64,000 bases of DNA from Chiloscyllium plagiosum (lineage: Eukaryota), in NCBI RefSeq assembly GCF_004010195.1, contig NC_057720.1:2680669-2744668 (forward strand). Direction: 5' to 3'. A program made the translations under genes and the position numbers. How positions within the stretch are numbered: the stretch's first letter is position 1; each line of letters opens with the position of its first letter. The notes beneath the pieces were generated by a model. It was not told the DNA's origin and did not search any database. It was given only the letters and a program-made list of their open reading frames with translations. This document shows, one piece after another, positions 1-12,299 of the stretch.

Positions 1-301
1 GACTTGTCCTACCTGCCTATCTTCTTTTCCACCTATCCACTCCACCCTCCCCTGCCCCCGACCTATCACCTTCGTCCCCTCCCCCACTCACCTATTGTAC
101 TCTATGCTACTTTCTCCCCACCCTCACTCTCCTCTCACTTATCTCTCCACCCTTCAGGCTCTCTGCCTTCATTCCTGATGAAGGTCTTTTGCCCGAAACG
201 TCGATTTTACTGCTCCTCGGATGCTGCCTGAACTGCTGTGCTCTTCCAGCACCACTAATCCAGAATCTGGTTTCCAGCATCTGCAGTCATTGTTTTTACC
301 T
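1..301 (+). mobile_element. Penelope-like element 3' fragment with hammerhead motif at 175-202
   Basis: C-rich UTR, then CTGATGA-aggtc-tttt-gccc-GAAAC-GTC and tail ccagcatctgcagtc. Same family sequence follows a GIY-YIG C-terminus at 59210-59650. Confidence 0.75.
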
Positions 302-556
302 ACCTACATTTTAGCTTACCAGTCCAGGCTGAGCGCTTATTCACAGCAGGGTCCCTGCATCTGCCTGAATGTCAGTGTTACCTCCCTGTCTGATACCAGA
401 AATCAAAGCATTGTAGATTGATATATGTTTATATAACTATACATTTCTACACATATATATTATTGTAGATTGATATACTGTATATACCACTATAGATTGA
501 TACAGATCATTGTAGACTGATATAGATTGGTCTGGATTGATTGTAGATCAGCAGCA

Positions 557-863
557 GGGGTAGCACAGTGGCTGAGTGGTTAGCACTATTGCCTCATAGC
601 ACCAGGGACCCAGATTCCATTCCTACCTCGGGTGACTGTCTGTGTGGAGTTTGCACATTCTCCCTATGTCTGTGCGGGTTTCCTCCCACAATCCAAAGAT
701 GTGCAGGTTAGGTGAATTGGCCACGCTAAATTACCCATAGTGTTAGGTGCGTTAGTCATGGATAAATATAGGGTAGGGGATTAAGTCTGGGTGGTTTAAT
801 CTTCTGAGGGTTGGTGTGGACTTGTTGGGCCGAAGGGCCTGTTTCCATACTGTAGGGAATCTA
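557..863 (+). mobile_element. tRNA-derived V-SINE (HE1-like)
   Basis: tRNA-like head gcacagtggctgagtggttagcac, V-domain gtctgtgtggagtttgcacattctccc, CR1-like tail gggccgaagggcctgtttcc. Confidence 0.85.
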
Positions 864-1569
864 GTCAATGTAGATTCATACAATTTGGTGTGTATTCCTA
901 TCAGCCGATTTCAGGTGATAGATATAGATCAGTGTGGTATATATTGTTCAGAGGCCTGTTATAAATCAGTGTGGTTTAACCTAGATCAGTGTATGTTAAT
1001 ATTGAAGGATAGTAGCCAAAATTATGATATCAATCTGGAAAGACTGAACTGGCAGGGGCTCAGGTTCCTTTAAGACAGAATGTTAATCACTGACCATCAA
1101 TTGAGGCATTTCAAATGGCAAAGTGGACATTGAGAAAAAATTTCCAATCCTAGCCAGACCACTGAAACAGAGACTCAAATTTCAGATGGCCCCTGCCTGT
1201 GCTGTACTTTGCTAGATTTTGCTCGCTGGATGTTTATTCTGTTGAAAATGGCAACATAAAATTTCAATGATTCATTTTTATTGCTTCCAGAAGCCTATAA
1301 AGAATAGTGATCACTCATTTGATGGAATATTCAACAGTGCGTTACAAGTTATCGTTTTACAATGTACTAGACAATGGGGGCCAAACGTGTCATGCCTGAG
1401 GTTCAGCAGGTTACACACTAGCTGCTGGTTTCAGAGACTGGAGTAATGTACTGACATTTAGAGAGTACCTTCCTTAACTTCAGGGGATCCAAAAATGCTC
1501 ATCCTCCAAAAAAGTCATTTTTGAAAAGCAATTATAGTTGGAATAAAGGAAATACGGGACAAATTTGGA

Positions 1570-1790
1570 AACAATAAGCTCGCACAAGTAACATTGCGAT
1601 AACGTCCAGCTACACAATTGATGTGATGCTGCTTAAGGGATAGACACACAGAGGCAATTCCCTACTTTGACAGTGGAAATAGATATTTTATCATCAACTG
1701 GGAGGGCAGTCATGACTCAGCTTAACATTATATCTAAAGGACAACATTTCCAACAGTGCAGCACTCCTTCATGAACTGACAGTGCAGTAC
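1570..1790 (-). mobile_element. Degenerate Deu-domain SINE (SacSINE1-like) running into a minisatellite
   Basis: Reverse complement resembles the copy at 15330-15710 and the recalled Deu-SINE core ggtttaacgtctcatccgaaagacggcacctccgacagtgcagcactccctcagtactg. Confidence 0.6.
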
Positions 1791-2345
1791 TCCCTCAGTA
1801 CTGACCTTCGACAGTGCGGCACTCCCTTAGCACTTACCCTCAAACAGTGCAGCGCTCCCTCAGTACTGACCGTCTGACAGTGCGGCACTCCCTCAACACT
1901 GACCCTCTGACAGTGCTGTATCCCTCAGCACTGACCCTCTGACAGTGTCGCACTCCCTCAGCACTGACCCTCTGGCATTGCAGCACTCCCTCAGCACTGA
2001 CCCTCCAACAGTGTAGCACTCCCTCAGCACTGACCCTCCAACAGTGCAGCAACTCCCTCAGCACTGACCCTCCAACAGTGCAGCAACTTCCTCAGTACTG
2101 ACCCTCCGACAGTGCAGTACTCCCTCAGCACTGATCCTCCAACAGTGTAGCACTCCCTTGGTACTGACCCTCTGACAGTGCGGCACTCCCTCAGCACTGA
2201 CCCTCTGACAGTGTGACATTCCCTCAGCACCGACCCTCCGACAGTGCAGCACTCCCTCAGCACTGACCCTCTGACAGTGCGGTACTCTCTCAGCTCTGAC
2301 TCTCTGACAATGTGGCACTCCCTCAGCACTGACCCTTTGACAGTA
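1778..2345. repeat. 33-bp minisatellite, about 17 units, gacagtgcggcactccctcagcactgaccctcc
   Basis: Direct tandem repeats; 11-aa periodicity in the ORF track. Confidence 0.95.
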
Positions 2346-2349
2346 CCTT

Positions 2350-2900
2350 CAGAAGTAGACCACTTGGTGCCTCAAATTTGCTCTCCCATTCAATAAGCTC
2401 GTGGTTGAGCTGTGTATGTTTCACATTCCACATTCCCATTTACTCCAATGCTCTCTGGTCCTCTTCCTAAGAAGATTCTTTCCACCTCTGTCATAGAAAA
2501 CATCCAGTGACCCCACCACCATTGCCTTCTGAGCTGGAGAGTTCCAAAGTCACACAGCATATTCTCTTTTCTTGGTCATGAAAGAGTGAGACCAATGTTT
2601 AAAATTGGGTCCTAGTTCTGCACTGATCCATAAGAAGAAGCATCTTTCACACATCCACATTGTCCAGACCATTCAGAATCTGATACACTTCAATCAGGGT
2701 CACCCCTCACTCTCCTAAACTCCAGTGGGAACCAGCCCAGTGTGTCCAATAATTCCCCATAACCCAACCCATTCATTCCCAGGATCAATCCTGTCAGTCT
2801 CCTCTGAACTATCTCCTATCGCATTTACATTCTTCTGAAAGAAGGATTTCAAAACTATATGCAGTATTTGCGATGTGGTCTCACCACTGCCCTGGGATAT
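2350..2900 (-). mobile_element. Old CR1/L2-group LINE 3' fragment
   Basis: Degenerate similarity to the LINE 3' ends at 50125-50705 and 52235-52685. Confidence 0.6.
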
Positions 2901-2930
2901 AACATCTTCAGTTTTATGTCCAATTGCTCT

Positions 2931-3237
2931 TTAGATTACTTACAGTGTGGAAACAGGCCCTTCGGCCCAACAAGTCCACACCGACCCGCCTAAGCACAAC
3001 CCACGCATTCCCCTACATTTACCCCTTACCTAACACTACAGGCAATTTAGTATAGCCAATTCACCTGACCTGCACATCTTTGGACTGTGGGAGGAAACCG
3101 GAGCACCTGGAGGAAACCCACACAGACACGGGGAGAATGTGCAAACTCCACACAGTCAGTCGCCTGAGTCAGGAATTGAACCCGGGTCTCTGGTGCAGTG
3201 AGGCAGCAGTGCTAACCACTGTGCCACGGTGCCACCC
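2931..3237 (-). mobile_element. V-SINE (HE1-like), full length
   Basis: Reverse complement of the 13988-14285 type: head, V-domain and tail. Confidence 0.88.
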
Positions 3238-4077
3238 ACAGTAAAGGGCACTTACTGTGGGCAGAATTTCGCCCATTGGAATTTTTCCATTAGCTTTCTT
3301 GAGTTATGTGCTGTCCTTACTTTCTGAACCTTTGCTGTTTCAAACACCTGAACATCTCAGTCTCTGCACTTTGCCATTCTGCAGTGCTTCTCTGTTTCTG
3401 GAAAACTGTATTCCTTCATTCTTCTTGCCAAAATACTCAGCTTTTGCAATTTTTCTTCTTTCATAACAACAAGATGCTCTTGTCTGAAACAAGCTGTAGT
3501 TTATAGCTTAATAGCGTCTACGTACATGTTACGTTATCAGGTTAGACATTCTTACTAAGACATTGGGAGACATTGACAAAACATTTATGATCTGGAGTTA
3601 CTCTGTCCATTTCCTCAGCCACGACTATATGACATCATAAGAATGGGTGGAGCTTAACACAGATTCTCACATTTAACTCTTTCAGAGCCATTTACATGAA
3701 CGTCTCTGTATACTTTGCTACACTAAAGCTGCTAAATGATTGCAAACTTCGTTATTTTTCCTGCATCGATCAGTTGTTTTACTGAATCATTCATACAGTA
3801 CAGAAGAGGTCATTCGGCCCATCAAGTCTGTGCCATCAAAGCTAAATCTACACTTGTCCCACTTTCCCGCATTAAACCCACAGCCTTGAATGCTCTGATA
3901 GTTCAAATGCTCATTCAAGTACTTTTTTTAAAGGTTATGAGGTTTCCTTCCTGAACTACCCTCCCAGACGGTGCATTCCAGAACCCACTACATTCTGGCG
4001 AAAAAGCATTTTCCTCAAATCCCCTCTAAACTTCCTGCCTTTTACCTTAAAATTATACTCCCTTGTTACCTCTTTTT

Positions 4078-4428
4078 AGAGTCATAGAATCCCTGCAGGG
4101 AAGCAGACCATTCAGCACATTGAGTCCACTCTAACCCTTCAAAGAGCATCTCACCCAAACCCACATCCTATCCCCATAACCCTGCAGTCTCCAAGGATAA
4201 CCCACCTCACCTGCACTTCCTGGTTACAGTGGACATTTTAGCATGGGTAATCCATCTAACCTGCACATCTTTGGACTGTTGGGGGGAAGGTGGAGCACCC
4301 GGAGAAAACCCACGCAGACATGGGGGGACGTGCAAACGTCACACAGATGGTCGTTCGAGGCTAGAATTGAACCCAGGTCCCTGGCGCTGTGAGGCAGTGG
4401 TATTAACCACTGAGCCACTGTTCCGCCC
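4078..4428 (-). mobile_element. V-SINE (HE1-like)
   Basis: ggagaaaacccacgcagacatgggg and cctggcgctgtgaggcagtggtattaaccactgagcc. Confidence 0.8.
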
Positions 4429-6460
4429 TCATCAACCTGTTCAGAAAGGTTATTACACACCTCTGGGGCAGGTGGGACTTGAATCTGGGCATCCTGGTCC
4501 AGAGGTAGGGATAATACCACTGCGTCACAAGAGGACCACTCATGCCCCCCTGTTATTGACCCTTCACCTAAGGGGTATGGCTTCACTCTATCCATGCCCT
4601 TCAGAATCTCCCAATGGAAAATGATGCTGAACATTCCCAGTGATTGGTTGTGTTTGCTGTTTCCTTAACTGTGTTGGTGGAGCTTGAAGATGCTGCTAAC
4701 TCTTTGCAGCCTCAGAGAGAGAGAGAAAGAGAGAGAGAGAAGAGCAGAGTGCTGTTCATCCCTTCTACATACAACATGAGCATCACTGGAAAGGCTGCCG
4801 TCATGGAAGTGATCCTCAGCCATCATCTTAACTCGATCTGAGGGACTGACTGGGCCATTTCAGATTTAGGACACACCCACATCACTGTGGGTATGGAGTC
4901 ACCTGTAAGCCAGACTGTGAATGGACTGCAGATTTCCCCTTCGAAAGGACATTCATGACCCAGATGTTTTTGTTTAAAGGCACAATCCAATAGTTTGACA
5001 GTCCCCATTTGCTGAGGTCAGTGTTTGATTCCAGATTTACTTAATTGACTGAATTGAGATGCTCCAGCTGCCATTTGAGCTAACTCTTGCCACACGATTA
5101 GTCTAGACTTCTCTCGTCTAATGAAATAACCACAGTGTGTCGGGCCTTTGATCTCTCTCTCACAGAAGCTGTTGAACCTTCTGAATGTTTCCAGTGTTTT
5201 CTGTTTTCGTTTAATTTAAAATTTGCAGCATCTACAGTATGGGCAATGTAGATACTCAGGAACAGACCTGATGGGCTGATTGGCCTCTATTTATTTTGAT
5301 TGAAGAACTACAAATCCTTTTTTTTTTACTTTTAAGACATTTTCAAAGTTCTGCAATATCATTTGTCAGAATTGAGGTGGTTTCAATTACAAAGAGACCT
5401 TTCTAGATGAAGACAACAACTAAGAATTATACATCCAAGGGACATGGCAGGAGCATTATAAAATACACGGAGCCACGTAATGAAATATTGGGCTTGATGA
5501 CTGAAGGCTTGATTGAAGATGTATGTTTTAAGATCTGACGGAAGAATGGAAAGTGAGGTCGGACGGTTGACAGGTTTAAGATGGAATTTCCATAACCTGG
5601 AGACCAAGCAACCAAAGGCAATGTGGAGCGATCGATATTAAACAAACTCCATATTTCAGAATTAGGGAGGGGACCAATATTGTGAGTGATTTTGGAAAGG
5701 GAGGAGATTCCAGTGATCGGGACGTGCCAAGACATGGAGGGATCTGAAACAATTTTAAAGTCAAGATACTGCCTGATTGGGAATCAACGTTAAGTCAGCA
5801 AGCACAAAGGGTCATTGTTGAGCCGAATTTACTGAAAGTTAAGATACATGTAGCTGGGTTTTGGAAGACCTCAATTTTACAGAATCCTTTTTCTTCGTTC
5901 AGAGAATGAGGGTGTCACTGGCTGGATCAGTATTTACGTGCTGTATGTAGACCCACAATACCATTAAGAAGAGAGTTCTAGGATTTAGACCCAGCGACTC
6001 AGTAGCTCTGTCAAAGAGCACCTTCCAAACCCACGACCACCTCCATTGAGAAGGGCAAAGGCAGCTGATACAGAGGAACACCACCCTCCTGCAAGTTCCC
6101 CTTTCAGCCACTCACCATCCTGATTTGGAAATATATCACTGTTCTCTGAGCGTCACTAAGTAAAATTCCTGGAATTCCCTCTCTGACAGCATTGTGTGCT
6201 TGCAACGGCTCAAGAAGGCAGCTCACCCCTACCTTCTCAAGGGTCAGGTAGGGATGAGCAATAAATGCTGGCCCAGCCAGTGATGCCACATCCCAGGAAT
6301 GAATTATAAAATGAGTTGAGGTGAATGTCTTGTTTTTGTGCTGTAAAATTCCTTTCTGGTGAATATTAATTTAGTTCTGTACATTGAACATGATGGGCTG
6401 AATGGCCTGCTCAGCACTGTAATAATTCTGTGATTTACTCATCTTTATTTCTCATGACAG

Positions 6461-6514
6461 GGTCCCCCAGGTCCACCTGGTGCAACGGGTCCTCCTGGGA
6501 AACGGGGAGCGAGG
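6461..6514 (+). CDS. col24a1: Collagen exon, 54 bp, GPPGPPGATGPPGKRGAR (probably equivalent to human COL24A1 exon 4)
   Basis: Acceptor ctcatgacAG, donor GTgagt, phase 0, six Gly-X-Y triplets; resembles recalled human GPPGPAGIPGPSGKRGPR. Confidence 0.9.
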
Positions 6515-6652
6515 GTGAGTATGTCAGAAAAACACTGAGCTCAGGGCCCACTTAGCTCCTTTCTGGTTTGTCCCTGCTGACTAATTTAACTTGAGTTTGG
6601 GAGTCTCATCAAATCTCCACTCCATCACATAAGACTACCAACTCCCACTGCA

Positions 6653-7285
6653 GCACTGTCACAGGGTCAGTATTGAGGGAGTGCTGCACTCTCGGGGGCT
6701 GAGTGCTGAGGGAGAGTTGCACTATCGGAGGGTCAATACCGAGGGAGCGCCGCACTGTTGGAAGGTCAGTGCTAAGGGAGTGCTGCACTGTTGGAGGGTC
6801 AGTGCTGAGGGAGTGCCGCACTGTCAGAGGGTCAGTGCTGAGGGAGTGCCGCACTGTTGGAGGATCAGTGCTGAGGGAGTGCCGCACTGTCGGACGGTCA
6901 GTGCTGACGGAGTGCCGCACTGTCGGAGGGTCAGTGCTGAGGGAGCTCCACGCTGTTGGAGGGTCAGCGCTGAGGGAGTGTCATACTGTCAGTGGGACAG
7001 TGCTGAGGGAGTGCCACACTGTCGGAGGGTCAGTGCTGAGGGAGAACTGCACTGTCAGTGGGACAGTATTAAGGGAGTGCCGCATTGTCGGAGGGTCAGT
7101 GCTGAGGGAGTGCTGTTATGTCGGAGGGTCAGTGCTGAACGAGTCCTGCACTCTTGGAGGGTCAGTGCTGAGGGAGCTCCACGCTGTTGGAAGGCCAGTG
7201 CTGAGAGAGTGTCATACTGTCAGTGGGACAGTGTTGAGGGAGTGCCGCATTGTCGGAGGGTCAGTGCTGGGGGAGTGCTGAACTG
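6653..7285. repeat. 33-bp minisatellite, about 19 units, reverse complement of the 1778-2345 array
   Basis: Unit gagggtcagtgctgagggagtgccgcactgtcg; a variant block recurs at 6941 and 7172 (231 bp = 7 units apart). Confidence 0.95.
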
Positions 7286-8807
7286 CCATATTGAATTCTA
7301 AGAATGTTGGACTGGGTAGAGATGGAGAATCTTTTTGCTCTGGCTGGAGAGTATCAAACATGAGCTGACAATCTTGAAATAAAACATTGCCATTTTGCTG
7401 GAAAAGAATGTTCTCACTTATAAACCTCTTCCTCTGCAAACAGGGAACATTGAGTGTGTTCTGCATTGAGATTAGGAGCTGCCCAGGGACTGAGGAAGAG
7501 AGCGGGAAAGTGAAGTTTTTTTGTTTATTTACCGACGTGTTGGAGGTGGGCGTTTCTGGGCAGGCCAACATTTATTGCCCACAGGACGTCTTACTGTGGG
7601 TCTGGAGTCACATGCAGGTCAGCAGTTTCCTCCCCTAAAGAGCATGAATGACGAAGATAAGTTTTCCTCAATAATCGATTCATGGTCATCATTTGACACC
7701 TAATTCCAGATTTTGTATTGGATTTGTACTCAATCATCTGGCATGGCGGGATTTGAATACAGGTCCCCAGAACATTGCCTGGCTCTACAGCTGGTGGTAA
7801 TACCACTGGACCATTGCCTCCCTTATACCAGAGGAAGGGGGTGGGGGGGGGAACCTCGGGCCATTATTCTGAGATGGTTCCTCATAAATCCAGCTGAGAA
7901 TTCAGCAGCAACTGCTTCTCCCCCAGCGAGTGAGGAGGACAGGATGGTGGAGGACAAATATACGTCATCGGACAATGGAGCTATTAAAGGAAAGAAATAT
8001 AGAGGTACACGACAATGAAAAAGATTGCTCTGTTTGCTATAACTGTTCATTCAAGGCAAACATTGACATAAATCTATTCATTTGACTACGGGCCAGTTAA
8101 GGTAGATCCAGCACCGAAAGAGTTAAGCTGCTGTCGCTGATGACTGAGGGGCTTTAAGTTCATAAAGGTCATTTGTGGAACTCCTAAGCTTGCCTTAAAT
8201 GTCAGCTTGACAATGATTCTGATTGTGTCAGGAGCAAATAGCTAAAGTCCCAGCCCATACATTTAACATATTCAAAGGGCACTGCAAGACTATCTGAATG
8301 TGTGGTAAGATTAGTCGGTGCTGGGGTGTTCAATGCAACAGTATTCAAGCTGCGGACAAACTAATGAGGGGACACCTCTTGAAAAGCCTTTGAATAATTT
8401 TCCACCCGTATCCAGAAAGAGTTAGTTTGTGTAATCGTCCTGGCTGACCTCCTTACTTGTGAGTGGTAGAATGTCAGCATTCATTAGTAAGTTACCCGTG
8501 ACATTCGCTGGCACACTCACTTGGCAGGCAGGACCAGCTGTACTCTGACACAAGTCATCAAAGCTGAACAGTGGGTCAACTCAAGGGCAAAGGGACAGAG
8601 CTTTGACTGCAATCTACAAACCTGGAGGTGCTGAAGGGTCCTTCTCAATCTCAGGAGAGGTCCTGGACCAGGATGAACATAATACTGAAACTGTGAAAAA
8701 CACCTTGTTAGACCTCTGCTAGTTCCAGCTGATATGATCTGCCCACTTCATCACAGGAAAACTGGGATCACATTCAAGCCAGGACAGACAAGATTTATGT
8801 GAATTTT

Positions 8808-9640
8808 CTTTTTCTTCACTCATGGGACTGAGATGTCACTGGCTCAGCCAGCCTGTTTTATTGCCCATTCCTAATTGCCCTTGAGAAGGTGGGGGTGAGC
8901 TGCCTTCTTGAACTGCAGCAGTCCATGTGCTGTGGCTAGACCCACAATGCCCTTAGGGAGAGAATTCCAGGATTCTGACCCAGCAACAGTGAAAGAACGG
9001 GGATATATATCCAAATCAGGATGGTGAGTGGCTTGGAGGAGAACTTACAGGGGGTGGTGTTCCCATGTATCTGCTGCCCTTGTCCTTCTAGATGGAAGTT
9101 GGTGATGGGTTTGGAAGGCACTGTTTGAGGATCTTTGGTGAATTTCAGCAGTGCATCTTGTGGATAATACACATTTGTAGGTGTGGTGCCACTCAAGTGA
9201 GATACTTCATCCTGGATGGTGTGAAACTTCTTGAGTGCTGTTAGAGCTGCACCCATCCAGGGAAAGTGGGGAGTATTCCATCACACTCCTGACTTGTGCC
9301 TTGTAGATGGTGGGATAGGCTTTGGGTAGTCAGGAGCTGAGTCACTCACCACAGTATTCCGAGCTTCTCACCTTCTCTTGTACCCACTGTGTTTATGTGG
9401 TGAATTGAATTGAGTTTCTGATCAATGGTAATCCCAAGGATGTTGATAGTGGGGGATTCAGTGATAGTAACACTGTTGAATATCAAGGGATGGGATTAAA
9501 GTATCTCTTATTGGAGATGATCATAGCCTGGCAGTTGAGTGGTACAGATGTTATTTGCCACTTGTCAATCCAAACCTGGATATAGTGCAGGTCTTGTTGC
9601 ATTTGAACATGGACTGTTTCAGCATCTGAGGAGTCACATA
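8808..9640 (-). mobile_element. CR1-group LINE of a second family, decayed RT C-terminus and 3' UTR
   Basis: Minus-strand peptides QQDLHYIQVWIDKWQ and IYKAQVRSVMEY...LKKFHTIQD. Related tails at about 5890-6305, 49330-49650 and 59860-60620. Confidence 0.75.
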
Positions 9641-9779
9641 TGTTTGACATTAGTCCTAATAACAAGACACCATCAGATGCAACAGCAGACGTCAGCCATT
9701 CAGTCTGTTTGCCATTCAATGAGATCATGGCTGATCTGATAACTCTGACCCCACCTTTCTGCCTTTTCCCCTTACAGTT

Positions 9780-11048
9780 TAGTCATAGAGATGTACAGCA
9801 TGGAAACAGACCCTTCGGTCCAACCTGTCCATGCCGACCAGATATCCCAACCCAATCTAGTCCCACCTACCAGCACCCGGCCCATATCCCTCCAAATCCT
9901 TCCTATTCATATACCCATCCAAATGCCTCTTAAATGTTGCAATTGTACCAGCCTCCACCACATCCTCTGGCAGCTCATTCCATACATATACCACCCTCTG
10001 TGTGAAAAAGTTGCCCCTTAGGTCTCTTTTATATCTTTCCCCTCTCACCCTAAACCTATGCCCTCTAGTTCTNNNNNNNNNNNNNNNNNNNNNNNNNNNN
10101 NNNNNNNNNNNNNNNNNNNNNNNNNNNNNNNNNNNNNNNNNNNNNNNNNNNNNNNNNNNNNNNNNNNNNNNNNNNNNNNNNNNNNNNNNNNNNNNNNNNN
10201 NNNNNNNNNNNNNNNNNNNNNNNNNNNNNNNNNNNNNNNNNNNNNNNNNNNNNNNNNNNNNNNNNNNNNNNNNNNNNNNNNNNNNNNNNNNNNNNNNNNN
10301 NNNNNNNNNNNNNNNNNNNNNNNNNNNNNNNNNNNNNNNNNNNNNNNNNNNNNNNNNNNNNNNNNNNNNNNNNNNNNNNNNNNNNNNNNNNNNNNNNNNN
10401 NNNNNNNNNNNNNNNNNNNNNNNNNNNNNNNNNNNNNNNNNNNNNNNNNNNNNNNNNNNNNNNNNNNNNNNNNNNNNNNNNNNNNNNNNNNNNNNNNNNN
10501 NNNNNNNNNNNNNNNNNNNNNNNNNNNNNNNNNNNNNNNNNNNNNNNNNNNNNNNNNNNNNNNNNNNNNNNNNNNNNNNNNNNNNNNNNNNNNNNNNNNN
10601 NNNNNNNNNNNNNNNNNNNNNNNNNNNNNNNNNNNNNNNNNNNNNNNNNNNNNNNNNNNNNNNNNNNNNNNNNNNNNNNNNNNNNNNNNNNNNNNNNNNN
10701 NNNNNNNNNNNNNNNNNNNNNNNNNNNNNNNNNNNNNNNNNNNNNNNNNNNNNNNNNNNNNNNNNNNNNNNNNNNNNNNNNNNNNNNNNNNNNNNNNNNN
10801 NNNNNNNNNNNAGCCCATTGGCTCATCTGGTCCAGATCCTGTTGTAATCTGAGGTAACCCTCTTCGCTGTCCACTACACCTCCAATTTTGGTGTCATCTG
10901 CAAACTTACTAACTGTACCTCTTATGCTCGCATCCAAATCATTTATGTAAATGACAAAAAGTAGAGGGCCCAGCACCGATCCTTGTGGCACTCCACTGGT
11001 CACAGGCCTCCAGTCTGAAAAACAACCATCCACTACCATCCTCTGTCT
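9780..11048 (-). mobile_element. Young CR1/HER1-like LINE 3' fragment spanning an assembly gap
   Basis: [22 protein letters not shown]...[10 protein letters not shown] motifs; RGNFFTQRVV...WNELPEDVV C-terminus; ctctatgact tail. Confidence 0.92.
10073..10811. other. Assembly gap (N)
   Basis: N run. Confidence 1.
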
Positions 11049-11540
11049 TATACATATACATATATGTTTGTGGGGTGAATATGTACTTGCAGAGTTACAT
11101 TGTACTTTGCTCAAAAACTGCATGAATTCATGTAAAACTCTGTTATCTCACTTTTTAGATTAGAAACAGTCTAAACATTATGGCACAGACAGAGAGCACA
11201 GGGGCTAACACCTTCAACATATTATCGGGCTAACACCAATTGTTACAGTTAACCTGAGAATGTAACTTTAAAAAAAAAGTTTTGTGATTTACACATGAAA
11301 GAAGTGAAACTATCATGGTATTCGAACAGATGAAAGACTCAACAATCAATCAAGGTATTTTTCGATGTATAATTTCAGTTACTGTAAACTATCACACTGT
11401 AAACTTTTGCTATAAATTCTGTGTCTGACAATTGTGTTCTCCACAATCACCTGATGAAGGAGCGTCGCTCCGAAAGCTAGTGCTTCCAATTAAACCTGTT
11501 GGACTATAACCTGGTGTTTTGTGATTTTTAACTTTGTACC
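11049..11540 (+). mobile_element. Penelope-like 3' UTR/pLTR fragment, second family
   Basis: Hammerhead motif followed by taaacctgttggactataacctggtg; degenerate inverted copy near 21820-21935. Confidence 0.65.
11448..11482 (+). ncRNA. Minimal type I hammerhead ribozyme motif
   Basis: cac-CTGATGA-a-GGAGC-gtc-GCTCC-GAAA-GC-TA-gtg: intact core, perfect 5-bp stem II, palindromic AGCT stem III, short stem I cac/gtg. Confidence 0.7.
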
Positions 11541-12132
11541 TGAGAGAAGATATAATTGCCTCAGAGGGAGTGCAGTGAATGTTTGCTAGGCTAATACCAG
11601 GGATGGCAGCACTGTAGCATGAGGAGCGGTTGGTTGGATTGGGCCTGTACTCACTAGAATTTAGAAGGATGAAAGAGGGATCTGACTGAATCATTTAAAA
11701 TTCAACAGAGCTGGACAGACCACTCGCAGAGAGAATGTTTCTTCTGGTTGGGGAGTCTCGAAACATGGACACAGTGTCTCAGAGTGCAGGGGAGACCATT
11801 TAGGACTCAGATGAGGGAAAATGTCTTCACCCTGGGATAGTGAACCTGCAGAATTCTCTGCAGAAAGCACTATGAGCGTTTCTAGATTTGAAAGGCATCA
11901 AAGAGTAAAGAGAGAATGTGTGTGCATGACATTGAGATGGAAAGTCAGCCATGCTCCTCTTGTTGATGAAGCTGGCTCGATGGGCTGAATAGCCAACTCC
12001 TGCTCCTAGTTTCTGTGTTTCCTGGCTGACATATTCCTGCTTTTATCGGTTGGTTCCTTTCATTTAAAGCAAGAACTCAGAATGATTCACAGACATTGTC
12101 AGTGTAAACTTTGCATGAGTCAATGAGGGGGC

Positions 12133-12299
12133 AGGAGCACAGTGGTAATGTTACTGGACTGGTAATTCAAAACCCCTGACTGGGTTCAATTCTGTGACAG
12201 CTGGTGAAATTTGAATTCAGTTAAAAGTCTGGAATAAAAAGCTAGCCTAATAATGACCATGTAACCATTGTAAATTGTTTTAAAAACTCATCTGGTTCA
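12133..12299 (+). mobile_element. tRNA-derived SINE, second family; related copies about 4780-5130(-), 7540-7820(-), 13095-13430(+), 20655-21045(+), 51115-51450(-)
   Basis: Head cagtggtaatgttactggactggtaat...gggttcaa; shared body ggttcactaatgtcc...gtgactccagacccacag in the related copies. Confidence 0.65.

Noticed and set aside
6681..7301. Cys/His-rich ORFs of about 200 aa (also 1840-2329) resembling zinc fingers
   Set aside because: Translation of a 33-bp minisatellite, open in several frames and on both strands
10002..11123. Long ORFs here and at 61557-62817
   Set aside because: Artefacts of N runs
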